Made by a program: the position numbers and the translations under genes. A DNA stretch of 64,000 nucleotides from Amoebidium appalachense (taxonomy: Eukaryota; Protista; Ichthyosporea), in contig CAVNZM010000004.1 in the NCBI GenBank assembly GCA_963693365.1, forward strand, positions 2,043,449-2,107,448, in the 5' to 3' direction. Positions 25,796-40,608 of this stretch are shown here, in pieces (the first letter of the stretch is position 1; each line of letters begins with the position of its first letter). Under the pieces are notes generated by a model. That model was not told the origin of the DNA. It did not search any database and saw nothing but the letters and a program-made list of their open reading frames with translations.

Positions 25796-26657
25796 CAGTT
25801 CGGATCAGTTCTACCTTTCTGAAGCTGCTAAGTCCTGATTTGACCTGGATATTTATCCGTTTTAGCCTACACAAAAAACTGTACATAAGAGTAATTCTCT
25901 CTCTCTCTTTTTTTTTTTCGGAGTCGGGGAGGGGGGGGGGGGGAGGGGGGAGGGGAAGGGGGGGGAGGGGGGAGAGGGGAGGGGAGTCTCCGGCCTGGGT
26001 CTCTTCTGCAGCTGGCCACTAAACCGTTCCGGGGGGGGGGAGGGGGGGGGGGGAACCAAAGCCTCCTAAATAGCACTATTTAGGAGGCCCTGGGGGGGAC
26101 AATGGGGAATGCCCATATGCATGTCAGAGCAATCTTTCATGTTGCATGTCTAAGGCCACACTCATTGCCACAGCCAGAGTAACCCATTAATATGTCTATT
26201 TTCGTGCATAGCAAGTTCCGTGGTATTATTAACCTATATCAGGCTGCCACAAACTACTAGTAAGTTGGCGCATTTTCTATCCGACAACCGTCTTACGGAG
26301 TCAAGTCTTCCATTTAAAGCATACATGAAGAATTGCCAAGAGAAAGGCACGGGAAGTAGGGTAGAGAAGAAGGGGAACGACAAAAAATCCTATGCCATCT
26401 TCGAAGGCAATGCTCGTCCACCCGTATCATTAACTTAGGTGTGTCGCTCACCTATCCTACGATGCCGTTAAAATTACGTGAAAACGTAAAACTGGTGACC
26501 TCCCAACCCATTTAAACCCAACTCGCATGCATACAATGCATGAGAGGATGACTAACATCACACTAGTCAACCTTAAAACATTCTCGCCATATCCATTCAC
26601 TAATCATAACCCACCGATCACAAACTCTAAACAGAATAAAAGATATAAAATTTAGCA

Positions 26658-27236
26658 TTAAAGTTCGAGCCATCCCTGGGTCTCCGCCTGCTGCATAAGC
26701 TCGAGGTATTCGGGGGAGCGCAGGAAGCGTGCGTAGATGTCCTTTGACATGAGCTCCTGCGTCTTGGTCTTGGACTCGCTAAACATGTCTGGTGGGGGGA
26801 AGAGATTGAGGTTAGCCGGAGGCATTCTCTGAAGGCATTTAAGATACAGAGTGCATGATTGAGGAAAGTTCGACAAGAGGTCAGGGATTCGTGAACTTCG
26901 ACATTTTTGCTTTTTGTTTGCTTTTCACGTGATCAAGTACGGAAGAAAGGGGTGGGTTATAGTGGCTGGGTGGACCACTGGTGGGCAAACGTGAAGCCAG
27001 GCAGGGAATGATGGATGTGGGTGTGTGGGTGTGTTGGTGTGTGTGTGGGAGGGGGGGGAGGGGGGGAGGGGGGAGGGGGGGGGGGGGGGGGTGTAGTCGG
27101 TGTATGCATTAGAGGGTGAGAAACGCACAAGCAAGGACATGCATACAACAATCAGTCAAGGCATAAAACAGAAACAAAGCAGAAACCACAACTGTGTTGG
27201 CAAGAGATGCTTGAACGCGCCCGGTGTGTGTGTGTG

Positions 27237-27275
<39 letters not shown>

Positions 27276-27359
27276 AAGAGAGAGGGCAGGGGGCAATATT
27301 GGAGTTTATGCTCACGTTTCCACGTTTGTGTGTATTTTTTTTCCCTCTCTTTTCTTTTC

Positions 27360-27392
<33 letters not shown>

Positions 27393-27737
27393 CTTTTTTT
27401 TTTGGATGGGGGGGGGGAGGGGGGGGGGAGGGGGGGGGGGGGGGGGAGACATACGCGGGGTGAACTTCTTCTTCTTTATATCCTTCTCGACCTTCTGACG
27501 GGTAGCGGCAGGCACGTTGACCTCGTTAGGTGCGTTCTGCACGAGGTACTTGTTCCAGATGGCCTTGGCCTCCTTTTCAAGCTCCTCGGGTGTGTACTGC
27601 GCCTTCTCGAATTTGTCGCACACCTCCCAGAAGTCGAGGTTTTCTTCGTTGTGCTCACGCTCGATGTGTACTCTGTGAGGGTGCCGTGCTGTGTGAGTTT
27701 GGGTTGATTGCATACACGATCACCTCCCCCCCCTTCC

Positions 27738-27776
<39 letters not shown>

Positions 27777-29095
27777 CCCGTTCCCTCCCCTTCTCAAAGG
27801 CCAGCCTTCAACTTCAGGCTGCCCATTCCACACACCAATTGCCTGTGTCTTCAATCTATGCCGTTTAGGTCTACCAGCAATCGTTGTACCCAATACCACC
27901 CAACAGAGATCCACACCAACACCAACACCTGTTCCCAGAATTTAAGTTTGCACGAGCACATGCAACACGATCCGTGCACTTACCGGAACATCTTGTAGCC
28001 GTCCTCATCGTTAAGCAAGTCCGTAAGACCCTTGCCCCAGGCCGGGGCCTTGAGGGCACGGGGGTCGATGGGAGCCATCTGCTCCTCCTGCTGCATCACA
28101 GTCTTGTTGAGCTCGGCCTCCTGCTTGCGAGGTGGCCTGTGCACCCACCAGTAGGCCCGCTCCTGGCTGTCAAAAATTGTTGACTGCACGGCACGTTGTT
28201 AGAAAGCAGGTCTTACAGGAGGAAGGTGCTGACGTGGCCGCTGAGGTGCTAGTTCGGAGGTGTGGTAGGACTCAAGTCTTGTTCTTTGGCTTGTTTTTGC
28301 GCTTTACCTATCTAGTGTTTTCATTTATAACTAAGCAATAACTAAGCGTGCACGACTTAAGAGCGGCTTCAGGTCAAGTGCTACAAAAGGATAAGTGACC
28401 ATTGGGCACGGCGCTCTTGAGCTTGGAGTGGATCAAAGAGAAAAAACAAGCAAAGCGAAAAACAGGAATATATGCAAACATGCACCTGCACGCGCAGTGC
28501 AGAGGCACAGGCAAAGAGAAACGATGCGTACCTGCACGGTGGTGCGCTCCTTTGCAGCGTTGATCTGGTCGCTCGCCTGCTGGACAATAAACTCCCACCG
28601 GCGCCTGAGCTTTTTCTGCATCTTAGCAAACGCCTCCAGCTCGTATGGCTTCATCGACTTGGCACCCTTTTTCATGTTGCATTTTACAAGGTAGACGGCA
28701 TAGTCGAAATCCGTAGGGCTACCGCTAACACTGGGCCAGAAATACGGTGTCTGGAAACGGAGGTACTGATCCCCTGAGTCGACGATTGGGGTGTATTCAT
28801 CAGAGGGGAAAAGATATCCCTCCTTGAAAAGCTTCTGGCAGAAAAGAAGAGCCTCTGCTCTGTCTTGGAAGTTGAGGTGGTTCTTGAGCCAGTTTACGGC
28901 AGCCTCGGCAGTAAAGCACGAAGGCACTGTTTTTAAGAGAGACTTTCTATCCTTTACCTCCACGCCCGTCTCGGGGTGTTGCATTGCGAGAATCACCTTC
29001 TCATACCGCTCAAAGCGCTTTTCCTTTGACTCCTGGTCTTCCAGCTTCTGACTGTCAACTGGCATCTGAATCGTAACAGCGGCGGGGGCAGCCAT
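26658..29095 (-). CDS. R7-like regulator of G-protein signalling (DEP-DHEX-RGS), 4 exons: 29095-28532, 28183-27984, 27672-27455, 26788-26658; 370 aa
   Basis: Exon phases join without stops (1113 nt). DEP/DHEX motifs MQHPETGV, YLRFQTPYFWPS, DYAVYL, DSQERAYW.VHRP resemble RGS6/7/9/11. RGS box motifs EHNEENLDFW, APNEVNV, LMSKDIYARFLRS. Confidence 0.93.
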
Positions 29096-30293
29096 TTTCA
29101 AAAATAATCTAGGCCTTGAGCCAACAAACCGAACTAAAAAATAACAAGTTTGTTAACAACAGTGCTACACAGAAACCCTCTGTAGTGTTATATCGCACGT
29201 TTGCTAGTTGCCCCTTCGTTTTGGCAAAGTTTCTGCACGAACGTGGACCTTTGTTGGTGCAAAAGGACACCGGCAATTTGGAAGGCTGTAGGGGGAATGA
29301 TGCATTCAAAATAGAACCGTGATGTTTAACCAATAAACATTGCGCTTGTCTAAATGGGGGCAGGCCCGGGCGGCCCCGGGCTCAGTCGAGTCACTGTACT
29401 GTAAAATATTCTGTCGGCCAACTAACGGTCCAAGATTAATTAAAAGTAGTACATGAGCTAAGGAGCCATTATTTATATATATTAATTTCTCATCACTGAA
29501 ATAGCATTATTGTCTGTATACCTATATGACCCGCATCAACTAACATTATAAAATTTAGGACCGCCGTCATCGTGACATGGACTCGAGGGGACTCAATGAG
29601 TTGTGGCATTTTAGGCTACTTAGAAATATAGTGAAATATATGTACGTAAAGTTTCACTACATTATGCAGCGACTAAAATAATGAGCCATTTGGTAGAATT
29701 TAATTCTTGCTTGATTATAAACATTTTTTGTGTAAAAAAAAGTTTTCAATACACATTTTTTGACCTATAGTGCTTTTTTAATGGTGCCTTTCGGTATTAC
29801 GGTAAAAGCAAATCTAATTTACTTATAAAAAGGGTCCAAAGCTGTGAAAACGGCGAGTTCACCAGTTTTCACCGGATCCTTTCTCCCAAGGGATTGGTTG
29901 GATCTGAAATTGCGGCAAGGGCCTCCTGTGTGCGCCTCGTGTCCCTAGTACTCAGAAGACATGACAATGGGAATTTAACAAAAAAACGTTGGTGCTACTC
30001 ACATAATAATATTCTTCTTTTTATGCTCTGACTATATTTGAAGTACTTAGTATCTGCAATTCCCAGAGCAGAAATGCATTCCACCTCGTCAACCCGGTTG
30101 GCGACATATTCCAAGCGTTTATGGCTAATGACGTCAAACTTGATTTATAGGAATGTTTCTATTGGTATAAAGTCATTTAGCTTTCTTTCGTAGTCATTAG
30201 CATCCGGCAGAAAACTATTGGCTGGGTGAGCTCGTCACATCTTGATTGGTTTATCGCGCATCACTGTTTTTTTATCCATAATCTATACGACTA

Positions 30294-30371
30294 GTTGGCT
30301 GCGCTGGAAAACGCAGTAGGCCGTCAAGTGAGGCTGGGCCCCTGCAGCAAAACAAAGTGCATAAACCCCCC
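30294..30371 (+). mobile_element. Diverged short retroposon copy ending GCATAAACCCCCC
   Basis: TTGGCTGCGCTGGAAAACGCAGTAGGCC matches 31369-31396; same terminal motif. Confidence 0.65.
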
Positions 30372-31009
30372 TTTTTGCAGGTGCCGTCGGCGGAGTCACG
30401 CATGCACCCAGCTGTGCAGGTTGTATGCACGTATGTACACGTACTGTACGTTTGTTCCGTTTGTCATGTGTGTACGTGCACAACACACCTAAACCCTTTA
30501 GGCTAATAATTTCATTTGCAATGGAAGGCTTATGCTTATCCAATCCTGTAGTGAGCAAATCAATGGTCCGAATGCCGAATTCGGTATATCAAAAGGTCGT
30601 TCGGTAAAATTCTTGATATTCAAAATTCCCAGAAAACGATCGCAGCTTTGTGCAAATCGAGGTAAACAACCTCAAGTCGCAGCTTAAATCCTAAAATGAG
30701 TTGGCTTTGTTTCTTTTGGACATCCGCCACAATCGAAAAAAACTGAACAAGTCGAGAATAACCAAACGAATCGCCATATCAAACCTATTTCAAAATAAAC
30801 AATCGGACGATTAGGCATTTCAAACAATTAAATCGACAATGAAATGACAATTCGCCATTTGGTAGGCCAATGAAAATGAACTCATGGTCCGGCAATTCGC
30901 CTTTTCAAATAAACAAATCGACAAATCGCCTTTTCAAATGAATAAATTGACAATTCGCCATTTCAAATGAGCAAACTGACAATTCGTTATTCCAAATGAA
31001 CAAATTGAC

Positions 31010-33275
31010 CCCAGATGCGGTATGGCAGTTAGTCTCCCGTTACCCGGCCCGCAAAGCGTGCGGGCCGGACGGCATCCCTATGGCACTACTTAAGGTACTC
31101 ATCCCACCCCGACCCGAGAAAGACGAAAAGCGTGGCCCGCCGCCACCACTTACATGTATTCTTAGCGAGTTGTTTAGCTGGTATTCTGATGTCGGTAAAG
31201 TGCCCTCGGAGTGGCTAGCCACCTTAGTGTTTCCCATCAAGAAAACGGTTGCACAGGGTCCCATCCACGAATTTCGCCCTATCGCCCATAATATGTAATA
31301 GGGGTGTCAGATACTACGATGGCGCTCATTGTTGCCTAGCATGTACATATGTCACTGGCTGCATTTGATTGGCTGTGCTGGAAAACGCAGTAGGCCATCG
31401 AATGTGGCTGGGCCTCCGGCAGTGTCCACGCAATAAAAAGTGTGTAAACCCCACCCTTACGTCCGTTTTTCGCCGATTACTCGAAAGTGGCCTTTTACAG
31501 GCCTTTTCCCGTAACCCCACCCTTAAGCAGGCTTCCCAGCTGAGCCCTCTTCAGGCGGCGTTTCGGCATCGACACTCATGTTACGCACAAATCCTCACTC
31601 TACATAATGCAACTCAAAGTGATACCGAGCACCTCGTATTTATCGATTTTAAGAACGCGTACGACACGGTCGACCTCCCTCGCCTGTGGGCCAAGTTGGC
31701 CACTCGCGGTGTCCCATTCCAAATGGGTCGGCTACTGGAAGCTATGTTTACGTTTACACGCGGACGAGCGGTGGTTAATGGGCGGCTATCCCCAGGGTTT
31801 ACCCGCACGCGCGGGGTACTTCAAGGGTCCCTGCTAAGTCCTCTTCTTTTCAACCTGTATATTGATGATTTAGCCGACACTCTTTCTGCGGCACAAATTG
31901 ACGGGGGGTTGCCATCCCAGGCTCCCCCCGCCCTCTTTTTTGCCGACGATATTGTGCTTATGTCATCCGATCCTCTCGAACTACGGCAATACATTCGTGT
32001 GGTTGAACATTGGTGCCAGCGCAACGATATGCAGATTAATGTCAAAAAGTGTGCCCTTTTATCAAAATCGATACCGGCATATGGGACGACGTTTGTATTT
32101 TCGGCACCCCTCGCCCAATCGAATACAAGTATTTGGGGATTCCGGTGGACGAATGGGGCATATGTTTCAAACGGATGATCGACCGTCGGGTGGAGAGTGC
32201 AGGCAGGTGTCTTCGGTTATTTCGGGATGTGTATCTTGCTACTCTTTCTCATACTGTCCACCTATACAATCGTCTTAGTATATTTCGCACATATATTCGC
32301 CCTTTGTCGGAATACGGGTTGCCCTTACTAGCTATGGCACCCCCTGATACTGTTACTAATGTGCTCAAATCATTAGATGATTTCCATTACACAACTTGTT
32401 GTATGTTTCTCACTGGTCTTTCCACACCTATCCCTAGACGCCTTTTTGATTCTCTCTACGCACTCACACCACCATCACAACCGTTGACGCGTACACGAAT
32501 TAGCCCTTAAATTTCACGAGCACATCACCCGCCTGTCCGCTTGTGCCCCGGACCACCCGCTCTTCCGGCTACACGCATCCCCGCCGGATTCGCCCCTCTA
32601 CCTCTTCCCTTCCCCATCGTCTCTGCCCATTGCCGAGCGCTATGTGGAATGGCTGGCGACCCCCCCCCGGAGGTACGGCTAGATCATAGTGTGAATATGA
32701 CTAGTTTCAAGTCTATGGCTGATAGATATCTTTTTACTCTACGTGTTGAGTCCCTTCCGGTGTTAGGACAGCAAAAACACCAACTGCTAGTAGCCTATAT
32801 GGCGGATACGGTTAGACAGTCTCGTTCATATATAGATTCGTTTATTCGTAATGTGGTGTGGTGTAAAAACGCAAAGATGATTATGGCTTGGCGGTGTAAT
32901 CGGTTTCTGGTGTCTCCTGCTCGTATGTGTAATATGTGTGGGGGGCGGTTTACTCGCGGCTGCATATCTATCAATAAATGCAACCTGTTAGCTAATGTAT
33001 TAGAACCGGAGGTTATTGGCGGTTTTATTCTCTTTTCTTCCTCTCTTCCTCAATATATCCGTTTTAAGATGACTATCCTAGATCACCTTATTAATGCTGC
33101 ACAGGCCTCCCGGTAGTGGATTTTGCACGATTTGACTTCTTTGAGGTCCAAAAACCTCAAATTTTCCCCGGCGGGGCCGGGGAGGGAGAATTCAAAAATT
33201 GCCCGCTCCTGATATGGTACCCGGGCCACATTACCGGACGGTAATGTCCACGCAATAAAAAGGGGTGTAAACCCC
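31010..33275 (+). mobile_element. 5'-truncated, frameshifted LINE (family B), RT related to family A
   Basis: 7-bp TSD AATTGAC (31003-31009, 33276-33282). RT motifs CGPDG, FRPI, FIDFKNAYDTV, QGSLLSPLLFN, FFADD, YKYLGI spread over four ORF pieces. Ends AATAAAAAGGGGTGTAAACCCC. Confidence 0.92.
31288..31452 (+). mobile_element. 165-bp SINE-like insertion splitting the FRPI-LT motif of LINE B
   Basis: Non-coding insert between ATCGCCC and ACCCTTACG; ends CACGCAATAAAAAGTGTGTAAACCCC. Confidence 0.85.
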
Positions 33276-33353
33276 AATTGACAATTCGACATTTCAAATG
33301 AACAAATCGATATTAACCGTGCAATCAAGCATCCGTGCATAAGATGTTGTTAG

Positions 33354-33367
33354 GGGGTTTACACACT
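33354..33367 (-). mobile_element. 14-bp abortive retroposition product AGTGTGTAAACCCC
   Basis: Flanked by direct repeat TTGTTAG (33347-33353, 33368-33374); identical to the last 14 nt of 31288-31452. Confidence 0.75.
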
Positions 33368-33922
33368 TTGTTAGTAGCAGATTGCCGTGTACACGCGCAC
33401 GTCTGTGTAACTCAATTACGGTTCCGTCTTACCACGTGGTATTATTTCTATACATTCACCTTTCTTTCACTAGGTCTACTCCGGATCTGTTCAGCGTGAT
33501 GTGATACTAACTCTCCATCTCTCTACCCGTCGATCTACTGTGGGTGCAATTACGCCCACGTGCACCAATGCACGCAAGCACGCACACACGCTCACGCACA
33601 CGCACGTACGCATTCACACACACATACAAGCAAACACGTACACACACACGCACAAACAGAGGCATACATGCATCCGATGCATACATGCACACAGTCACGT
33701 CCAAACCGCTTATGCTTCCAAAAAAAATCACATGATGAGCACTTGGATGTTGATGCGCTTCACCTGCAAAGTTGCAACTGGTCACACGCATTCTTGAGAC
33801 TTCTCCTCGTTGCCCCGAACTTTCACTGAAAGTCCCTCCCCTCCCCCCACCCCCCCCCCCCCCCCCCCCCCACCACCACCACCACCACCACCACACCCCA
33901 CCCCACCCCTACCCCCATCTCC

Positions 33923-33956
<34 letters not shown>

Positions 33957-34240
33957 GAAGTTTCCCTTGCCATTCCTCATGCCCCTCCTACCCAAGGCCA
34001 TCGGATCACAGGGGCCTCCCCATCATGATGAATTTTTTTTTATAGGTGCATTCTAACACCCCTGTTGTGTGTGGGTGTCTGTACGTGTGTGGGCAATGCA
34101 GCTGCTATAATAATCCAATTTTAGTAATTACCCAACAGCTTGCAACAATATATATCCCTCCCCCCTCCCCTTCCCCCCCCCCCCTCCCCCCACCCCCCTT
34201 CCCCCGGGGGGGGGGGGGAGGGGGGCCGGGGGGGGGGGAT

Positions 34241-34482
34241 CCTCTCCCACTTTGAAACAGAGCCCCTAGGCCTGTCTTCGATTATCCCCCCCCCCCCCCC
34301 CTCCCCCCGTGCCCAGACACACACACACATACATACCCAGCGCCCCTTCCCCCAGCGCCCTCCCCCCCGCCCTCCCCCAACCAGCCGGGGAACACAAGAG
34401 GGGAAGGCTTAAAGTTTCGATTTTTATTTATTTTTTGTTGTTCATTGGGGGCGGTTTCATGTGTGTGTGTGCGTGCGTGTGC

Positions 34483-34516
<34 letters not shown>

Positions 34517-34843
34517 ATGTGTGTGCGTGTGAGCCGGTGTGTGTCAAAGTGGGAGAGGACCCGGCCCCCCCTCCCCCCCCCCCCCCCCTCTCCCCCCTCC
34601 CCCGCCCCCCTCCGGATGTGGGGGGGGGGGTCCTCTCCCACTTTTAAACAGAGCCCCTAGGCCTGTCTTCGATTATCCCCCCCACTTCCTCCCCCGTGCC
34701 CAGACACACATACACATACATACCCAGCGCCCCCTCCCCTTCCCCCACCGCCCTCCCCCCGCCCACCCTCAACCAGCCGTGGAACACAAGAGGGGGAGGC
34801 ATGAAGTTTCTATTTTTTATTACTTTTTTGTTGTTCATTGGGG
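34241..34843. repeat. Local ~210-bp duplication (34241-34450 and 34632-34843) in low-complexity DNA
   Basis: AAACAGAGCCCCTAGGCCTGTCTTCGATTATCCCC...GAACACAAGAGGGG...TTGTTCATTGGGG occurs twice. Confidence 0.8.
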
Positions 34844-34848
34844 GCGGG

Positions 34849-34891
<43 letters not shown>

Positions 34892-35065
34892 GGGGGGGGG
34901 GGGGGGGGGGGGGGGGAGAAAGAGGGGGGGGGGGGGGGGGGGGGATAACGGTTAAAGGTGAAACGTAACTTGTGGAACATGTATATATATATATATATAT
35001 ACTATACTATATATATATATGATATATATATATATATTTGGCCAATGTGTGGGGAGGGGGGTGCA

Positions 35066-35101
<36 letters not shown>

Positions 35102-35131
35102 TACAGAACTCTGTCCCTGTACACATGTGAG

Positions 35132-35166
<35 letters not shown>

Positions 35167-37119
35167 GTTTGTGTGTGTGTATGCTTACCTCCTCTGCTAT
35201 TTCACAACAAGGCTTTCCCTTCCTCAATGCGGCTCCCCCGCATCTCCCCCCCCCCCCCCCCCTGGGTACTACGTCAGCTAGCAATGATGCATTAGGCCGG
35301 GGGCAGATGACATTGGCAATAGGCAGACTGCAATACTAGTGGTGCCATGGGGAGAAGCAGGGAAAAGCTACATGCAAGTTAGTCTGCTCGTTAGTCTGGT
35401 GCAAGCTCTTTAATCATTTGCACTGCTCCAATGTATATGCCGCGGCACTGAATTTGTAAAAACACTAACGTTGGCCATCCCGGAGAAACTCAACGTTTTG
35501 CACGTTTTCCCGGTCAAAGTTGACGAGCTCAAATCCACACTGCAAGTTGCAGGGGTGTCAGTTGCATCAACTTTACATGGTTGACGGTCGTGCATTGTTT
35601 TTTTACAAGGCTTTGCATATGATTCATACTCACCGAGACGAGGAAACATACATACAGTAGTAAGCGTGACTGGAAGGGGGATGGGTGTGAATTTTTTTTC
35701 AGTATAGCAATACAGAGTACAAATTTTGGAATCTCTCAATCCATCCCCTCCACCACCCCCCGTAATGCCCTCCAGTCAATCATGTGACTTACTGCTCCAC
35801 ACTCCCCCAACATCCCAACATACGACACTCCTCTTCTCCACGCACGCATGCGCATGCACCGCTTTTTACACCACAACACAAAATACACATTTTTACCACA
35901 TTTAACACAAGCACCCGCACGCATACACAAATCCCTAGTTCAGTATGTTTGCTCCACGTGCACAGGCTTGAAAGTTTGAGAACCGGTCTCTAGCCGATAC
36001 TAGTAGCATCAATGATTGGGGTTTCCTAGTGGTTTGCTAGCCCTGTGGTCCATTCAATGGCGTGGTAAACGGTTCCTGATGTTTCCTAGACGGTGGTGTC
36101 CTAGTGGGCCACATCCTTTGTACATGGTGCCGGAGCTGTGTGGGCCGTTGTATTGTGTTCCCTTTGTTCCGTTTAGCCAAACTGGGCTCCTTTTCTGCCA
36201 CACTCCACACCCACCTATCCACTTCCTATTACCCTGCACAACTGTATACACTTTACCAATGGCATCAGCGATTTCCTTCTTAACTTAACACAGGTGATTA
36301 TCTCAAGTCCCATTGATTCTTGTTTCCAATACCGGGACACAATCGTCACACACATAATACCACCCTCCCAACCTGGTTACTTTAGTTTTTTTTTTTTTTT
36401 TTTTTTTTCATTTTCAGTTATTTCATTTTATTTTTTTGGCCCCCTTGCAGTGGTCTGGTTTGTGTTTTCTCCGAGATTGATTTTCTGTAATGTGTGTGGT
36501 GCTACCACTGTGGTCGTGTAGTACTATTAATAAGGGGTGTATTTCATTTGTATTAAGATGTACAAAGCATGCCGCATGATGTGGAGCACATGTCGGGTTT
36601 CCAGATTGGCCGAAGAGAGCGGTTAGTAAAGTGCAATAATGCCCAATCGTGAAGAACACATGTCTGGTATGCCGAAGTTCATTGCTGCTAGATGGCAAGT
36701 TGTTCCACTTGTCCGTTACTGTAGTGTTTTAGAAAAGTTGCAAGCGAAAACTTGAAGTTGCACACTCTGTTACGATAAGTCCCGGAATAATTGTTGCGTG
36801 GGTGGAATGTCTCATGATTACTCACACACCCCATAAAGGGCCCTGCGAAACGAATCTGGAGGAGCTGGAAAGAAAACTGTGAGAATTGATTTCGGACCTT
36901 TCTTTCTCTCCTTTTTAATTTTCTTTTCCCCCTTCAACTCCAAACTACACGCTCAGGCCGCAGTTGGAAGGCAGGAGTGGGTAGGCGGGTGGCAAATCAT
37001 GGTGGATGTTGTGGCTGGTGCCGTGTCCGAAGTTGTTTGTGTGTGAGCGCACGCAAGGGTGGAGTGATGATGTCTGTGGGTGTGCGTGTATGTATGCGTA
37101 TGTGTGTTTTTTTTTTTTT

Positions 37120-37166
<47 letters not shown>

Positions 37167-37726
37167 CTGGTTGGGAGGGATGTAGCGTAGTGTAGGCATC
37201 ACCCATTACATAAAAAAATAACTGGATTTTTTGCATTACGTATCATACGAAATGATCATATTGATACCTGTTGTTTTGTACGGGTCTAAGGGAGCAGAGT
37301 GCACAGAGGTGTCATGCAGAGCACGACCAACACAATAAAGAGAGGGCAATCGAAGTTGTTCACGACACAAGACAGTTTGAAACAACAACTGACGTTTATT
37401 GCACTCTCGGGCCCTTTTGTTCTGGCTCATTCATCATCTCATCTCAACTAAAAGAAGGGAACCAATCGGGTTCCTTCAAACGACAGGGCAATACATTCCA
37501 ATCGAGAAAACGCTTTCTAACTTCCAACACTACAGAAGCTTAGAAACTCTTAACTCTTAGAAACGCTTAAAAACCAAAGACAACAAAGCTAGCTACCCAA
37601 TCACTCTACTCGCAGTAAAACAGAGGAGAGCAAACACAAGTAAAACACAACACATCCTGACAGGCAAGGGAGCCAGGTGTGCACAGATCTACAGTGCACA
37701 CAGAAACAAGGGAGAGAGAGTGATAC

Positions 37727-39840
<2,114 letters not shown>

Positions 39841-40157
39841 GTGTGTGCCACCCGAGAGTGCCACCAGTGACTTTTGCGTCCGTTAATGCCTCTACATCTT
39901 ATGCTCGGACAATCGATTGTCGAATTGTTCGTTTGAACTGGTGATTTAGATATGTTGTTGCTTCGATTTGCTTATTGGCTCGGCTCAGCCAAGTGCCCAC
40001 TGGACACGATCATCAGAAACGTACACATACCCTGGCATGCACTGCCTCTCTACGAACAAAATCCAAATAAACACACCGCACGAAGAAAACCCCTCTACCC
40101 TATCCTCCCCCTCCACTACCCTCAATGCGTGGGCGTGTGTTTGTGTACGTGTGTGTG

Positions 40158-40229
<72 letters not shown>

Positions 40230-40608
40230 ATGTATGTGTGCATGTGTGGGTGTGTGTCTGTGTGTGTGTGTGTGCCGTAGCCAATCAGCAAGAGACTAGC
40301 TAAAGACGGGGAAATGCAACACAGCGCGGGCGGGTGGGTGGGGTTAAGTAGGGGTTGACGGGGAAACAAAGCTAAGACGAGTAGAACGAGTCGCCGCCTA
40401 TATACCATAGTCGGCTCCCTAGTGGCCACTGATTGTTGGAACCCTATTCCAACCAATCAGTTGGCCTAAATACATCTCTAAATAGAGCTTGATGAATCAA
40501 GCGAAGTATTTAGATATGTTGTTGCTATCTGCGACCACATTCTTATTTTACAGAAATAATACACAAAGCTGGATGGCAGGAGCGGCGCGGCGAGTGATTT
40601 TCATCCAA

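Larger units (their letters stand above)
30539..33347 (+). repeat. Dispersed non-coding repeat with internal ~25-bp degenerate tandem array, interrupted by LINE family B; second copy at 39893-44212 (minus) interrupted by the DIRS-type element
   Basis: GTGAGCAAATCAATGGTCCGAATGCCGAATTCGGTATATCAA at ~30551 matches the reverse complement of ~44159-44200. GACAATTCGCCATTTCAAATGAACAAA-like units occur in both copies, with a shared distal GCATAAGATGT. Confidence 0.75.

Noticed and set aside
28395-28425. Possible extra RGS micro-exon AQERRAQW
   Set aside because: Exons 1 and 2 already join colinearly with the R7 motif (KERTTVQ-STIFDSQE)
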